From contig JABDAM010000003.1 in NCBI GenBank assembly GCA_013289145.1, positions 27,301-91,300 of the forward strand: 64,000 bases of DNA. The letters run 5' to 3'. A program made the position numbers and the translations under genes. Positions within the stretch are counted from its first letter, which is position 1, and each line of letters starts with the position of its first letter. This stretch comes from Alphaproteobacteria bacterium. Its GTDB lineage: Bacteria; Pseudomonadota; Alphaproteobacteria; UBA11073. Below the pieces are notes generated by a model, which was not told where the DNA came from, ran no database searches, and saw only the letters and a program-made list of their open reading frames with translations. This document shows positions 1-9,963 of this stretch, in pieces.

Positions 1-2798
1 TCGGTGTGACGACGACGAAATCATCGCCCGACCTAACCATGGTCGTGCATTTGAAATCGCCGAATGAACGGTATGACATGTTATACCTGCGCAATTACGC
101 GACCCTGAACGTCAAAGACCAATTGGCGAAAATTCCCGGTATCGGGCAGGTGGGTTTGTTCGGCTCAGGCGATTACGCGATGCGGATTTGGCTGAACCCG
201 GAAAAAATTGCGGGGCTGAATATGACGGCCGATGATGTCGTCGGCGCGATCCGCCGCCAGAATGTTCAGGTTGCCGCGGGCGTGATCGGTGGCCCGCCGT
301 ATGGCAAGGGCATTGAACTCCAGATGCCGGTGAATACGCAGGGGCGTTTGACGGATACGGAACAATTCGGCGAGATTATTATTAAGACCGATAAATCCGG
401 CGCCGTGACACGGCTCAAAGATGTGGCGCGGATTGAATTGGACGCGGCGCAATATGGGCTGCGTTCCTTGCTCGACAACAAACCTGCCGTCGCGATTCCG
501 ATTTTCCAGGAACCCGGTGCGAACGCTATTGCGATTTCCGACGCCGTCCACAAAACGATGGATGAGTTAAAGAAAAGCTTTCCTGAAGGCATCGATTATT
601 CCATCGTCTACGATCCGACGATTTTCGTGCGCGATTCCATTAAGGCGGTCATTGAAACCTTGCTCGAAGCAGTGGGTTTGGTTGTCCTGGTGGTGATTTT
701 ATTTTTGCAAACCTGGCGCGCGTCGATTATTCCGCTGCTCGCCGTGCCGGTGTCGATCATTGGAACATTCGCGATTATGCATATGTTTGGTTTTTCGATT
801 AACGCGCTCTCGCTGTTCGGTTTGGTGCTTGCCATCGGGATTGTGGTGGATGACGCGATTGTCGTCGTGGAGAACGTGGAACGAAACATCGAAAACGGCC
901 TGTCGCCGCACGACGCGACGGTACAGGCGATGAAAGAAGTCACGGGGCCGATTATCGCCATCGCGCTGGTGCTGTGCGCGGTGTTTTTGCCGATTGGGTT
1001 TATCAGCGGTTTGACGGGGGAGTTTTACCGCCAATTTGCTCTGACCATCGCTTTTTCTACGATCATTTCCGCCTTTAATTCTCTCACGCTTTCGCCCGCG
1101 CTGTCCGCGCTGTTGTTGCGTGACAAGCATGAAAACAAAGACTGGCTGATGCGCGCGATGGATAAGGTGTTTGGCGGGTTTTTTAACGGCTTTAATAAAT
1201 TTTTCCGTTCATCGTCGCATGCTTATTCTGGCGGCGTGCGCGGGACGCTCAAGCGCAAATCGATTTCGCTGATTGTTTATGCACTGCTGCTGGGCGGCAC
1301 GTATTTTATGTTCCAACTTGTGCCGCCGGGTTTCGTGCCGCTTCAGGATAAACAATATCTGATCGCTTTCGCGCAGTTGCCTTATGGTTCCACGCTCGAC
1401 CGGACGGAAAAAGTCATCCGCGAAATGTCGGATACGATTTTGAAAGAACCCGGCGTGCAAAACGCCGTCGCTTTTCCCGGCCTGTCGATTAACGGTTTTA
1501 TGAATTCATCCAGCGCGGGAATTGTTTTCGCCACACTCAAACCCTTTGAAGAGCGCACCAGCAAGGATCTCTACGGACCCGCCATTGCGAATAAACTGCA
1601 AATGAAATTCATGGGCATCAAGGATGCCTTTATCGCGATCTTCCCGCCGCCGCCCGTGATGGGGTTAGGCACCATCGGCGGTTTTAAACTGGAAATCGAA
1701 GACCGCGGCGACGCGGGCGATGCCGCGCTGAACGATGCGGTGAAAAAGGTGACTGAAGAAGCGGCGAAAGTGCCTGAACTGTCGCGCGTCTTTTCGGGTT
1801 ATGAAATCAACGTGCCGCAATTGTTCGTCGACCTTGACCGCACGCGCGCGATGCAACTGGGCGTGGATGTGCAGGATGTGTTTAATACGATGCAGGTTTA
1901 TCTGGGCTCGCTCTATATCAATGACTTCAACAAGTTCGGGCGCACGTATCAGGTCATCGCGCAGGCCGACAGCGATTTTCGCGGCCATCCGGATGATATT
2001 TTGAATCTGAAAACGCGGAATGCGTCGGGCGATATGGTGCCGCTTGGCTCTGTCGTGCGCGTGTCGGAAACCAACGGGCCAGAAGCGGCGATGCATTATA
2101 ACGCCTTCCGTTCCGCCGACATTAACGGCGGCCCGGCGCCCGGATTTTCTTCGGGGCAGGCGCAGGAAGCCATCACCAAATTGCTAAAGCGTGTGCTGCC
2201 GCCGGGCATGGATTTTGAATGGACGGAATTGACGTACCAGCAAATCCTGGCGGGGAACACGGCGACGCTCGTGTTTCCGCTTTGTGTGCTGCTCGTTTAC
2301 CTCGTGCTGGCCGCGCAGTATGAGAGTTTGTTTTTGCCCATCGCGATTATTCTGATCGTGCCGATGTGTTTGCTTTGCGCGATCACGGGCGTGTGGCTGA
2401 CGGGCGGAGACAATAATATCTTCACGCAGATTGCCTTTTTCGTCTTGATTGGATTGGCATGCAAGAACGCGATTTTGATCGTCGAATTCGCGCGTGAACT
2501 GGAACATCGCGGAATGAAAACCGTTGAGGCCGCTGTTGAGGCTGCGCATTTGCGGTTGCGTCCGATTTTGATGACGTCGCTTGCGTTCATCATGGGTGTT
2601 GTGCCGCTGGTGACCTCGCACGGCGCGGGGGCGGAGATGCGTCATGCGATTGGTGTTGCGGTTTTCGCGGGGATGCTGGGTGTGACATTCTTTGGTTTGT
2701 TCCTGACGCCGGTGTTTTTCGTGCTGATGCGCGCGGTGGAGAAAATGTTTGTCAAAACCGATCAACTCCATAGCAATCCGGATGAAGGGGCTGCGTAA
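1..2798 (+). CDS. RND (HAE1/AcrB-MexB-like) efflux pump inner-membrane subunit, 5'-truncated by the window edge
   Basis: ORF 6..2798 stays open back to base 1. It is a large multi-TM protein with AcrB-type segments (VVDDAIVVVENVER, ACKNAILIVEFA). The N-terminal region of a full-length AcrB is missing, so the start lies upstream of the window. Confidence 0.9.
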   Translation, partial: GVTTTKSSPDLTMVVHLKSPNERYDMLYLRNYATLNVKDQLAKIPGIGQVGLFGSGDYAMRIWLNPEKIAGLNMTADDVVGAIRRQNVQVAAGVIGGPPYGKGIELQMPVNTQGRLTDTEQFGEIIIKTDKSGAVTRLKDVARIELDAAQYGLRSLLDNKPAVAIPIFQEPGANAIAISDAVHKTMDELKKSFPEGIDYSIVYDPTIFVRDSIKAVIETLLEAVGLVVLVVILFLQTWRASIIPLLAVPVSIIGTFAIMHMFGFSINALSLFGLVLAIGIVVDDAIVVVENVERNIENGLSPHDATVQAMKEVTGPIIAIALVLCAVFLPIGFISGLTGEFYRQFALTIAFSTIISAFNSLTLSPALSALLLRDKHENKDWLMRAMDKVFGGFFNGFNKFFRSSSHAYSGGVRGTLKRKSISLIVYALLLGGTYFMFQLVPPGFVPLQDKQYLIAFAQLPYGSTLDRTEKVIREMSDTILKEPGVQNAVAFPGLSINGFMNSSSAGIVFATLKPFEERTSKDLYGPAIANKLQMKFMGIKDAFIAIFPPPPVMGLGTIGGFKLEIEDRGDAGDAALNDAVKKVTEEAAKVPELSRVFSGYEINVPQLFVDLDRTRAMQLGVDVQDVFNTMQVYLGSLYINDFNKFGRTYQVIAQADSDFRGHPDDILNLKTRNASGDMVPLGSVVRVSETNGPEAAMHYNAFRSADINGGPAPGFSSGQAQEAITKLLKRVLPPGMDFEWTELTYQQILAGNTATLVFPLCVLLVYLVLAAQYESLFLPIAIILIVPMCLLCAITGVWLTGGDNNIFTQIAFFVLIGLACKNAILIVEFARELEHRGMKTVEAAVEAAHLRLRPILMTSLAFIMGVVPLVTSHGAGAEMRHAIGVAVFAGMLGVTFFGLFLTPVFFVLMRAVEKMFVKTDQLHSNPDEGAA

Positions 2799-4357
2799 TG
2801 CGTAAACTTGTCTTGGCATTATTGTTGACCGCTGCGGCCTGCACCGCCGCGCCGGGGCCGCAGAATTCCAGCGTTCCCGCGCCTGCCGGGTGGTCGCAAA
2901 GCGTCGCGGACGCGGGTGGAAAAATCGATCACAACTGGTGGGCGCATTTTGCAGATCCGACGCTGGATAATTTAATGCGCGAAGCATTGGCAAATAACAA
3001 AACCCTGGCGATGGCGAAAGCGCGGATTGAGGAAGCGCGCGCCAACCGTGCGGCGACGCGCGCGCAATTGCTGCCGAATATTTATGCGACGGGGAATGCG
3101 ACGCGCAACAATCTGGGCGCCAATGGTTTGGGCACTACGCTTGGCATCGCGGAACTGGATGGCAATGCGTCGTGGGAGTTGGATTTGTTCGGCGCGAACC
3201 AGGCACGCGCCAGCGCCGCCAGTGCGATTGTGCAATCCGAAGAGGCCAACACGCACGCGATTACGGTTTCATTGCTGGCCGAAGTCGCGCGGAATTATTT
3301 TGATATGCGGAACGATGAACGCCAAATTGCAATCGCGCAAAAAAATCTGGCGGATGAGCAAAAAACTTATGACTTGACCAAGGCGCAATTTGAAGGCGCG
3401 ATGGCCAGCGATTTCGACGTTCAGCGCGCGGGCGCGCAGGTTTCAACGACGGCGGCGCAGATTCCGATGTTAAAGGCCGCTTATGCGGCGGCGCAGAACC
3501 GTTTGAATGTCTTGATGGGTTATGCGCCGGGGACGAAAAACGCGCTATTGGCCACACCGGAAAATGTCGCGCCGGTTGATCCGCATGTGGTCGTTGCGGC
3601 GCCCGCGGCGGTGCTGGCGAACCGGCCCGATGTGCGCGCGGCGGAGCGGCAGTTTGCGGCCTCTATCGCCAACCTGCGCGCGGCGGATCGGGATTTATTT
3701 CCGAAGATTAATTTGCTGGGGCTCTATGGATATCAATCGTCGAACCTTTTGAATGTCGCGCATCCTTGGAGTATTGCGGCGAACCTGACGCAGCCGATTT
3801 TGGATTTCGGCCGTCTGGAATCCGCGATTGATGTGGCGGATGCACAGCAAAAAGAGGCCTTTGCGAATTATCAGCAAACCGTGCTGTCGGCGTTGGAGGA
3901 TATGGAAAATGCTCTGACGAATTATCTACAGGAAACCGAGCGGAATAATTCGTTGCGCCGCGCGTTCGAACAGGATCACCGCGCGGAACAGCTGGCGCAT
4001 TTGCAATATCAGGATGGTGAGATTGCGCTGTTGGATGTGTTGGTGGCGGAGCAGAATGCATTGACGGCGGAATCCACGCTGGCCGCGTCGGATGCGGCGC
4101 TGCGCAAGGATTTGGTGGCGATTTATGCCGCCGCGGGTGGGGGATGGGATGCTGGCGCGGTGACGCCCGCGCCGCAACAGACGACGGTGATTTCGTCTGA
4201 AACCCCGCCAGCGAAAACGGAAATCTCAGCGGCAAAGGGAGATGCCGCCGCGCCGCCCGCGCAGGCTGTGGTGGCGCCCACCGCTCCGGCGGATAGTAAA
4301 CCGCGTGTTTCAACGCCCCATGTTTCCACCCATGGGCAAAGTGTGGTAATCGAATAG
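2798..4357 (+). CDS. Outer-membrane efflux lipoprotein (NodT/OprM family) with a low-complexity A/P/T-rich C-terminal tail
   Basis: 519 aa with signal plus lipobox LLLTAAAC and a TolC/OEP-like two-repeat body. Its ATG overlaps the TAA of the RND gene (TAATG), which implies an operon. Confidence 0.85.
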   Translation: MRKLVLALLLTAAACTAAPGPQNSSVPAPAGWSQSVADAGGKIDHNWWAHFADPTLDNLMREALANNKTLAMAKARIEEARANRAATRAQLLPNIYATGNATRNNLGANGLGTTLGIAELDGNASWELDLFGANQARASAASAIVQSEEANTHAITVSLLAEVARNYFDMRNDERQIAIAQKNLADEQKTYDLTKAQFEGAMASDFDVQRAGAQVSTTAAQIPMLKAAYAAAQNRLNVLMGYAPGTKNALLATPENVAPVDPHVVVAAPAAVLANRPDVRAAERQFAASIANLRAADRDLFPKINLLGLYGYQSSNLLNVAHPWSIAANLTQPILDFGRLESAIDVADAQQKEAFANYQQTVLSALEDMENALTNYLQETERNNSLRRAFEQDHRAEQLAHLQYQDGEIALLDVLVAEQNALTAESTLAASDAALRKDLVAIYAAAGGGWDAGAVTPAPQQTTVISSETPPAKTEISAAKGDAAAPPAQAVVAPTAPADSKPRVSTPHVSTHGQSVVIE

Positions 4358-4359
4358 CC

Positions 4360-5184
4360 ATGAAAACCGTCACCGTCGGCGATGTTGGGATCGCGAATGA
4401 TAAACCTTTTACCCTGATCGCAGGGCCTTGCCAGATTGAGGGGCGGGAGCATTTGCGCGGCGTGGCGGCGGAACTGGTTTCGATTTGCCGCAAGCTTGGG
4501 ATTGGGCTGATTTTTAAAAGTTCCTTTGATAAGGCGAACCGGACTTCGGTTGCGGGCACGCGCGGGATTGGGATGGAGCAGGGATTGAACCTTCTCAAGG
4601 AGATACGGGACGAATTTAAAGTGCCGGTTTTAACGGACGTGCACGAACCCTGGCACTGCGCGGAAGCGGCGAAGTTTGTGGACGTGCTGCAAATCCCGGC
4701 GTTTTTGTGCCGCCAGACGGATTTGCTGATCGCGGCGGGGGAAACGGGCCGGGCGATTAATGTGAAAAAGGGGCAGTTTTTGGCGCCGTGGGATATGAAG
4801 AACGTGGCGGCGAAGATCGCCAGCACGGGGAATGAAAACATCCTGCTGTGCGAGCGCGGGGCGTCGTTTGGGTATAATACCCTGGTGTCGGACTTCCGCG
4901 CGCTGCCGATTATGGCGGAGACGGGTTATCCGGTAATCTTTGACGCGACCCATTCGGTGCAACAGCCGGGCGGGCAGGGCACGTCATCGGGCGGCGACCG
5001 GCGCTTTGTGCCGCCCCTGGCGCGCGCGGCGCTGGCGGTTGGTTGCGCGGGGCTGTTTATTGAAACCCACCCGGATCCGGACAATGCGCCGTCCGACGGG
5101 CCGAATATGGTGCCGCTGGCGGAGATGGAAGGGTTGCTCGGGCGGCTCCAGGCAATCGACCGGCTGCAAAAAACAGCCGCTTAG
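4360..5184 (+). CDS. kdsA: 3-deoxy-8-phosphooctulonate synthase
   Basis: 274 aa colinear with KdsA ([37 protein letters not shown]). It starts 2 nt after the previous stop. Confidence 0.9.
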   Translation: MKTVTVGDVGIANDKPFTLIAGPCQIEGREHLRGVAAELVSICRKLGIGLIFKSSFDKANRTSVAGTRGIGMEQGLNLLKEIRDEFKVPVLTDVHEPWHCAEAAKFVDVLQIPAFLCRQTDLLIAAGETGRAINVKKGQFLAPWDMKNVAAKIASTGNENILLCERGASFGYNTLVSDFRALPIMAETGYPVIFDATHSVQQPGGQGTSSGGDRRFVPPLARAALAVGCAGLFIETHPDPDNAPSDGPNMVPLAEMEGLLGRLQAIDRLQKTAA

Positions 5185-5511
5185 AGCCAGCCCCAAATAG
5201 TGATTGCCCGGTACGGCCTGTATGAAAGGCTCCGGGGGCGGCGGGTCATCTCCCTGAACTCCGGACGCGATTCTCCCGCCCGAAAGGGCGATGAAAACTG
5301 GCAGAATGTGGAAGGTATGCGGCGGGTTTGGGCTATGTCATGGCAAAAGCTCTTTGGTTGTGTGGAGGGTTGGATATATCAATATAATCCTATATTGACC
5401 TTCTTGTCAAGGATTATTTTCCTGCAAAAAGTATTTTTTCGATTGCTTAAACACCGTCATTCCCGCGAAAGCGGAGACGGGTGGAAATTACGGTTTTGGC
5501 GCGCGGGCAAG

Positions 5512-5538
5512 AAAAAACGGCGGGGAATGCCCGCCGTT
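5512..5538 (-). terminator. Rho-independent terminator hairpin (acggcgggg-aat-gcccgccgt plus T-run on the minus strand)
   Basis: GC stem followed by a T-run on the minus strand, just downstream of the stop of ORF 5565..6260. It is a near-duplicate of the hairpin at 6324..6354. Confidence 0.7.
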
Positions 5539-5564
5539 ATCTTAAAAGTTAAAGCGACACAATT

Positions 5565-6260
5565 TCAGGTCGGCCACAGACCTCTCGCAGTGGCTACGAA
5601 ACCGCCGGGGACAGGGCCGACAGAGACTGGCGGCTTTGGTTTTTCCACCGATGGAGCGGTTTTGGGATCGAAAAACCCTTTGGCTTTCAACGCGGCGACG
5701 GCATTTTCATCTATCACCAAGGTATTGCCGTCGGATACTTTCAATGCGGCGGCGAAGAGGATGCCCGTGCGCAGGATATCGTCCAGAGATTCGGAAGTAT
5801 ATACAACGGGATTATCATGGTCCCATCTGGAAGATTCATGAATGGTTCCAGGCAAAAATGCTAATCGCGAAAATAAATCATAAAAGATTTCCCCTGTATC
5901 TTCATTCAAGGTGAGATAAGGCTGATGATCTGAATCAAATTCAGTTTCAAAGATCGTGGAGATTAAGGGGGAGTCCTCAGATACTGCAAAATGGAGGTAG
6001 TAAGTTGGAGATGTGATTATCTCGGAATCTCTTGAAAAGACGAAGTAAAGGTTTCCAGGATTTTCGGCCTCTTCGGGAGTTGGGTACATTACAACCCTGT
6101 AAAAAGTACTTTCATCTCCAACATCCGGATAAATTTCTTGCCAGGATTGAAATCTGCCGGCTGATTCGCCCGCAGCGTAAATCAGGCGGGCGGCTTCGAC
6201 GAATTGTTCACGTTTTTTGTTATCCGCCAGAAGTTCCTGGCCCATGGTTTCAATGATCAT
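5565..6260 (-). CDS. Hypothetical protein (orphan, AT-richer than its neighbours)
   Basis: The ORF track gives 5565..6416. I place the start at the internal ATG at 6260 (MIIETMGQ...) because GGAG lies about 7 nt upstream and the longer version would run through the terminator at 6324..6354. I recognise no motif. Confidence 0.5.
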   Translation of the reverse strand: MIIETMGQELLADNKKREQFVEAARLIYAAGESAGRFQSWQEIYPDVGDESTFYRVVMYPTPEEAENPGNLYFVFSRDSEIITSPTYYLHFAVSEDSPLISTIFETEFDSDHQPYLTLNEDTGEIFYDLFSRLAFLPGTIHESSRWDHDNPVVYTSESLDDILRTGILFAAALKVSDGNTLVIDENAVAALKAKGFFDPKTAPSVEKPKPPVSVGPVPGGFVATARGLWPT

Positions 6261-6323
6261 ATTATTCTCCGGTATTGATGAAATAACCGGGCGATGATAA
6301 CTGGGGCGATAAAGAACTGCAAA

Positions 6324-6354
6324 CAAAAAAACGGCGGGGGATGCCCGCCGTTTT
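6324..6354 (-). terminator. Rho-independent terminator downstream of the csp gene
   Basis: aaaaaaacggcgggggatgcccgccgtttt is a GC stem flanked by an A-run and a T-run, so it could work in both directions. A second hairpin, cctcccc-ctca-aggggagg, lies at 6403..6428. Confidence 0.7.
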
Positions 6355-6429
6355 GTTTTATATGTTGGGTTTTCACCCCACCCGAAACGCCTAGGGCGTT
6401 TCGACCTCCCCCTCAAGGGGAGGTTAATT

Positions 6430-7134
6430 TTACTGATTACCCGCGATGTCCACCGATACGGCTTCCAGGCCTTTTTCGGCCTGGCGGACCAGCATTTTGA
6501 TGGGGGTGCCGGGTTGCATGTCTTCGGGCATCAGGTTGCTGCGCGACAGGGCGGAGCGGTGAACGAAGATGTCGTTGCCGCCGCCTTCAGGCGCCGCGAA
6601 ACCGAAACCGCTTTGCGGTTTGAACCATTTCATCGTGCCTGTGATCTCACGCTCTGTGCCGTCTGGGATATAAGCCTGCGCCTGTTGCGGAGGTCCGCGG
6701 CGCGGGCCACGACCGCCACCGCCGCCAAAGCCGCCGTCACGGTCGCCGAAGTCTCTGCGTGGCGGACGGTCGCCAAAATCTCTGCGCGGACCGCGCGGGC
6801 CACGATCACCGCCGCGGTCGCCACCACCACGGCCACCAGCGCCGCCGCCGCGTTCATCGGCGGCATTCGGATCGCCGACGGAATGAATTTCTTTAATCGC
6901 GACAACCTGCTTACCACGCTGGGCGTCGCCGATTTCAACGGTTAATTCTGCGCCGGGATAGAGCGCCGGGTTGCCCGCGCGCGATACCGCAGAAGAATGG
7001 AGGAAGATATCCCGATCGGCACCAGCCTGGCTGACAAAGCCAAAACCCTTGATGGGATCAAACCATTTAAGGGTTACTTGTACCACTTCACCGCTGCCAG
7101 GCGTGGCAGCGAAACGATCCGCAAAACGATCCAA
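6430..7134 (-). CDS. Cold-shock-domain protein with two CSDs joined by an Arg/Gly-rich (RGG/DRGG) linker
   Basis: Two CSD cores are present (LKWFDPIKGFGFVSQ...DIFLH and MKWFKPQSGFGFAAPEGGGNDIFVH). They are separated by GGGAGGRGGGDRGGDRGPRGPRRDFGDRPPRRDFGDRDGGFGGGGGRGPRRGPP. Confidence 0.85.
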   Translation of the reverse strand: MDRFADRFAATPGSGEVVQVTLKWFDPIKGFGFVSQAGADRDIFLHSSAVSRAGNPALYPGAELTVEIGDAQRGKQVVAIKEIHSVGDPNAADERGGGAGGRGGGDRGGDRGPRGPRRDFGDRPPRRDFGDRDGGFGGGGGRGPRRGPPQQAQAYIPDGTEREITGTMKWFKPQSGFGFAAPEGGGNDIFVHRSALSRSNLMPEDMQPGTPIKMLVRQAEKGLEAVSVDIAGNQ

Positions 7135-7498
7135 TTGAATTACTCACTGTTAAAGTTATAACCCCCAAAATGGGAGGTTAATCCCTTTATACCACAATCG
7201 CCCAGGGGTTGAAAAGGGATTTTTTAGGGGGGTGGGGTGGCCCGGGCTGTAAAGGCGCGGCCCGTGCTGGGATTATATCCGGGTGTTCTTTACGATAGAG
7301 GGAAAGCCCGGCCAAATGATTTACGATTCTCCCCGTGCCAGCAGTGCGAATTTTAAGAATGTGATGGAGACTTATAAGGGCGTGTTTGAATGGGCGACTG
7401 CCTATCAAGCGTCGCCTGTTCCCAAGCCGCGCGCAATATTTCAGAATTTACAGTTTGGCGCTTCCTAGTTCTAAAGATTTAGAACTGTCGCGGGGCAA

Positions 7499-8344
7499 TC
7501 ACACCGCCGAATTATCCGGCGGCGCTTTCGGCACGCCGGGCGGGGTTGTGGTGGTGTTGATCGGATTTTCCAAAGACGGGATGTGAGCCGCGGTGGCGAT
7601 CTGGTTGGCCAGATCCGGGTTGGCGTCGATGGCGCACTGGCGGATGACGGCGCCGTCGGCTTCGGGCGCGGCGGCCAATAATGCCTGAGTCACCGCCATG
7701 GTTTGTGTTGGATTGGTGGCGATGGCGGCGTAGGTGATGCCTGCTGCCTGGTCGGGCGCGGCGGTGTAAACGGCCTTGGTCACTTTGTTCAAGGCTTCCT
7801 GGTTATTTGGATCGATGTTTTTGATCAGGTAAGCGAGGATCGCGGGCGCGGCCTGGGGATTGGCCTGGGTGGCTTTGGTCGCGGCGGCGGCGAGATCGTC
7901 AGGATCGGCGTTGGCGATGGTTTCGTCCATGCCCGCCTGCGTCATCATGCTGTTGACTTGCGTGCCCGTCACGTTCGCCGCGCCGCCCACTGCGGATTGG
8001 CAAAGGGATTGTTGCGGCGCGGGCGCGACCGGCGTGACGAAGGAAACCGGAATGGCTTTTTGGTTCACGGGGCAAATTTTCACCGCTGCGACCTGGGCCG
8101 GATGTTTGCGGCGCGCGTGAGCGAGTTTGGTCAGGCGGGTGGTTTTTTGGATTTGCGCGGTCTGTTTCGGTTTAATCCGCGCGCCCAAATGAATGTTGGG
8201 ATCGGTCACGCAGAGATCATCCGACGAGGCTTGCGCAGCGGCCCCCGCACCGGCGGCAACGTTTTGGGCGGAAGAAACGTTCGCGAAGAGAGGGGTTGCC
8301 GCCAATAGCGCCAGAATCAAAATGATACGTGAAAGATTTTTCAT
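7499..8344 (-). CDS. Hypothetical secreted protein (A/Q/T-rich)
   Basis: 281 aa with a clear signal peptide, MKNLSRIILILALLAATPLFANVSSAQ. I recognise no domain. Confidence 0.55.
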   Translation of the reverse strand: MKNLSRIILILALLAATPLFANVSSAQNVAAGAGAAAQASSDDLCVTDPNIHLGARIKPKQTAQIQKTTRLTKLAHARRKHPAQVAAVKICPVNQKAIPVSFVTPVAPAPQQSLCQSAVGGAANVTGTQVNSMMTQAGMDETIANADPDDLAAAATKATQANPQAAPAILAYLIKNIDPNNQEALNKVTKAVYTAAPDQAAGITYAAIATNPTQTMAVTQALLAAAPEADGAVIRQCAIDANPDLANQIATAAHIPSLENPINTTTTPPGVPKAPPDNSAV

Positions 8345-8432
8345 AACAGTTTATACCAAAGGTGAATACTTGCATGCAATAAAAAAGTGATGGGAATCGT
8401 GCTGTTGCCGCGTTTATTTTCGCTGCGGAAGC

Positions 8433-8789
8433 TTATCGCGGCAAGGGAACGCGTTCCACAGGCAGATAGCGGTGGCGGTGGCGGTGCAGCGCTTCAGCCA
8501 GAAATTCTTTGATCAGGGCGGTATAAGGTATATCCTCCACCATACCGATGGCGCGGATTTCATTCAGTAAAGGCCGCGGCAGACGCAGGGATACAACCTC
8601 CGTCGGCTGTGCGGTGCGGGGTGTAATGTGGATGCCGATGTCGGCGAGGGTAAGAGGTTTTGATAGGTCGGCAAAATCTGTCAGGTCAGTGTAATCGTAA
8701 TCTGTGATTTCCCGCAAAACTTCCTTCTTGGGTGCGCGCGACTTTTTGTGGGTGGGTTTAATGCCAGATTTTTTGCGACTTTTTTTCAT
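8433..8789 (-). CDS. brnA: BrnA-type antitoxin (RHH/CopG-like C-terminus)
   Basis: 118 aa lying immediately downstream of, and overlapping, a DUF497/BrnT gene. The C-terminal VSLRLPRPLLNEIRAIGMVEDIPYTALIKEFLAEAL matches the BrnA pattern. Confidence 0.7.
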   Translation of the reverse strand: MKKSRKKSGIKPTHKKSRAPKKEVLREITDYDYTDLTDFADLSKPLTLADIGIHITPRTAQPTEVVSLRLPRPLLNEIRAIGMVEDIPYTALIKEFLAEALHRHRHRYLPVERVPLPR

Positions 8790-9054
8790 CGTATAACTTC
8801 CTTTCTTTGCGCGATGCCGGACGAGCGGTTATCACGCGTATCTTGCCATTGCGCCGGGTGAAGCCGACCATCAGTAATCTGTTGTCGTTTGAGAAGCCCA
8901 GCATTCCAAACCGCTTTTCATGTGCGGAGTGAAGCATATCGGGATAGACGAGAAGATGGGGATCCGCAAAGGCGCTTTCGGCTTCGGCAGCGTTGACACC
9001 GTGCTTTTCCTCATTCTTCTGCCGGTTCCATTGGTCCCAGTCAAAGACAATCAT
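8758..9054 (-). CDS. brnT: BrnT (DUF497) ribonuclease toxin
   Basis: 98 aa reading FDWDQWNRQKNEEKHGVNAAEAESAF...IRVITARPASRKERKLY, which is the DUF497 signature. The toxin-first gene order is typical of BrnTA. Confidence 0.8.
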   Translation of the reverse strand: MIVFDWDQWNRQKNEEKHGVNAAEAESAFADPHLLVYPDMLHSAHEKRFGMLGFSNDNRLLMVGFTRRNGKIRVITARPASRKERKLYDEKKSQKIWH

Positions 9055-9209
9055 ATAATGTTATATCATACAATGACGTCGTGTCAAGCACTACATTGAG
9101 GGGTGAGGGCGAAGGTGATCAAGAATTTGCACCAGAATTACAGCAGATATGAAAAGGTAATGCAGCAAAATGGACAAAACAGCATAATTCTCAAGCTGTT
9201 TAAATAATT

Positions 9210-9905
9210 CTAGTTCGTTTCGCCGTCATCCGCCGCCGGGTCCGTTGGCGGGTGGTCGGGGTGGTCCAGGTATTGGTTGAATTTGATGCTCTCGCCGGGG
9301 ATTTCGTCCAGGGTGGCGAAGACGCGTTTCTGGCTGTCGGGCGGCATGGCGAGGTAGAGGTCGCGCAGGTCTTTCGGCGATGTGCCCCACAGATAGACGA
9401 TCTGGTCTTCCCAGTTGTCGCGCAGCGGTTGGGAGACTTGCTCCCAATGACGCGCGATCATCAACAGGCGCTGCATGACGAGGTTGCGTTCGTGCGGGCC
9501 TGTCATAAGAGACATCGTGAGCGCCTGGTCGAACAGCGCGCGGCGCGCGGGGTCGAAAATTTCACTCTCTAATGACAGTGCGAGGTAGTACCAATTGTAC
9601 GGATCGCCCGGCGAGATTTGCACCGCGCGGATGGCCGCGTTTTGCACGATCTCGCGCTGTTGGGTTTTGAGCGGCCCGGTGGTGAGGTACGCGGCGGCCA
9701 GCGCCTTTGCCGTTTCGGCTTGCGGCAAAATATTCATCGCGGATTCAAATTGCGCGGCGCGGGCGGCGGTGAGGTCGGGCGTGTGAACGTGATCCAGATT
9801 AACCGGCGCGGTGAGCCAGCCCGCCGCCATTTGCGGGATGGCGAAGATTAAAAGTATCAAGGCGAAAATTGCGAGTGTGATGCCTGCTGCGCGATGTGTG
9901 ATCAT
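9210..9905 (-). CDS. Hypothetical membrane-anchored protein in the polysaccharide-export cluster
   Basis: 231 aa with a single N-terminal TM helix (ITLAIFALILLIFAIPQMAAGW). It lies on the same strand directly downstream of wzc. Confidence 0.55.
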   Translation of the reverse strand: MITHRAAGITLAIFALILLIFAIPQMAAGWLTAPVNLDHVHTPDLTAARAAQFESAMNILPQAETAKALAAAYLTTGPLKTQQREIVQNAAIRAVQISPGDPYNWYYLALSLESEIFDPARRALFDQALTMSLMTGPHERNLVMQRLLMIARHWEQVSQPLRDNWEDQIVYLWGTSPKDLRDLYLAMPPDSQKRVFATLDEIPGESIKFNQYLDHPDHPPTDPAADDGETN

Positions 9906-9963
9906 TTAACCTCGCTGTGAAAAGTTAATCCTTCTCTCCCTGCAGGGAGAGGGGAATTGTTAC

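Noticed and set aside
3708-4841. 377-aa minus-strand ORF overlapping the OMF gene and kdsA
   Set aside because: It lies antisense to two genes with clear family signatures and has a P/R/A/S-rich, low-complexity composition. Long antisense shadow ORFs of this kind are common in GC-rich DNA. The same reasoning applies to ORFs 2184..2993 and 699..1130 and the other antisense ORFs over the RND gene.
5185-5511. Structured-looking intergenic region (GCCC-GAAA-GGGC hairpin; palindrome TCAATATA-atcc-TATATTGA) as an SRP, 6S or RNase P RNA gene
   Set aside because: None of the diagnostic conserved motifs is present. The SRP domain IV GGAAG/AGCA motifs and the RNase P GAGGAAAGUCC motif are both absent. 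It could still be an unknown sRNA or promoter region, but I cannot support a call.
5200-5841. 213-aa plus-strand ORF spanning the kdsA-downstream intergenic region
   Set aside because: It runs through the solo palindromic motif, through the terminator hairpin at 5512..5538, and then antisense into ORF 5565..6260. It has no RBS and an implausible composition.
7466-7488. Perfect inverted repeat AGTTCTAAA-ga-TTTAGAACT as an Irr iron-control element (ICE box)
   Set aside because: It contains the two ICE half-sites, but in swapped order (TTCTAAA..TTTAGAA rather than TTTAGAA-N3-TTCTAAA) and with a 2-nt spacer, so the binding geometry differs. It is more probably just a 3' hairpin of ORF 7499..8344, although it lacks a U-run.
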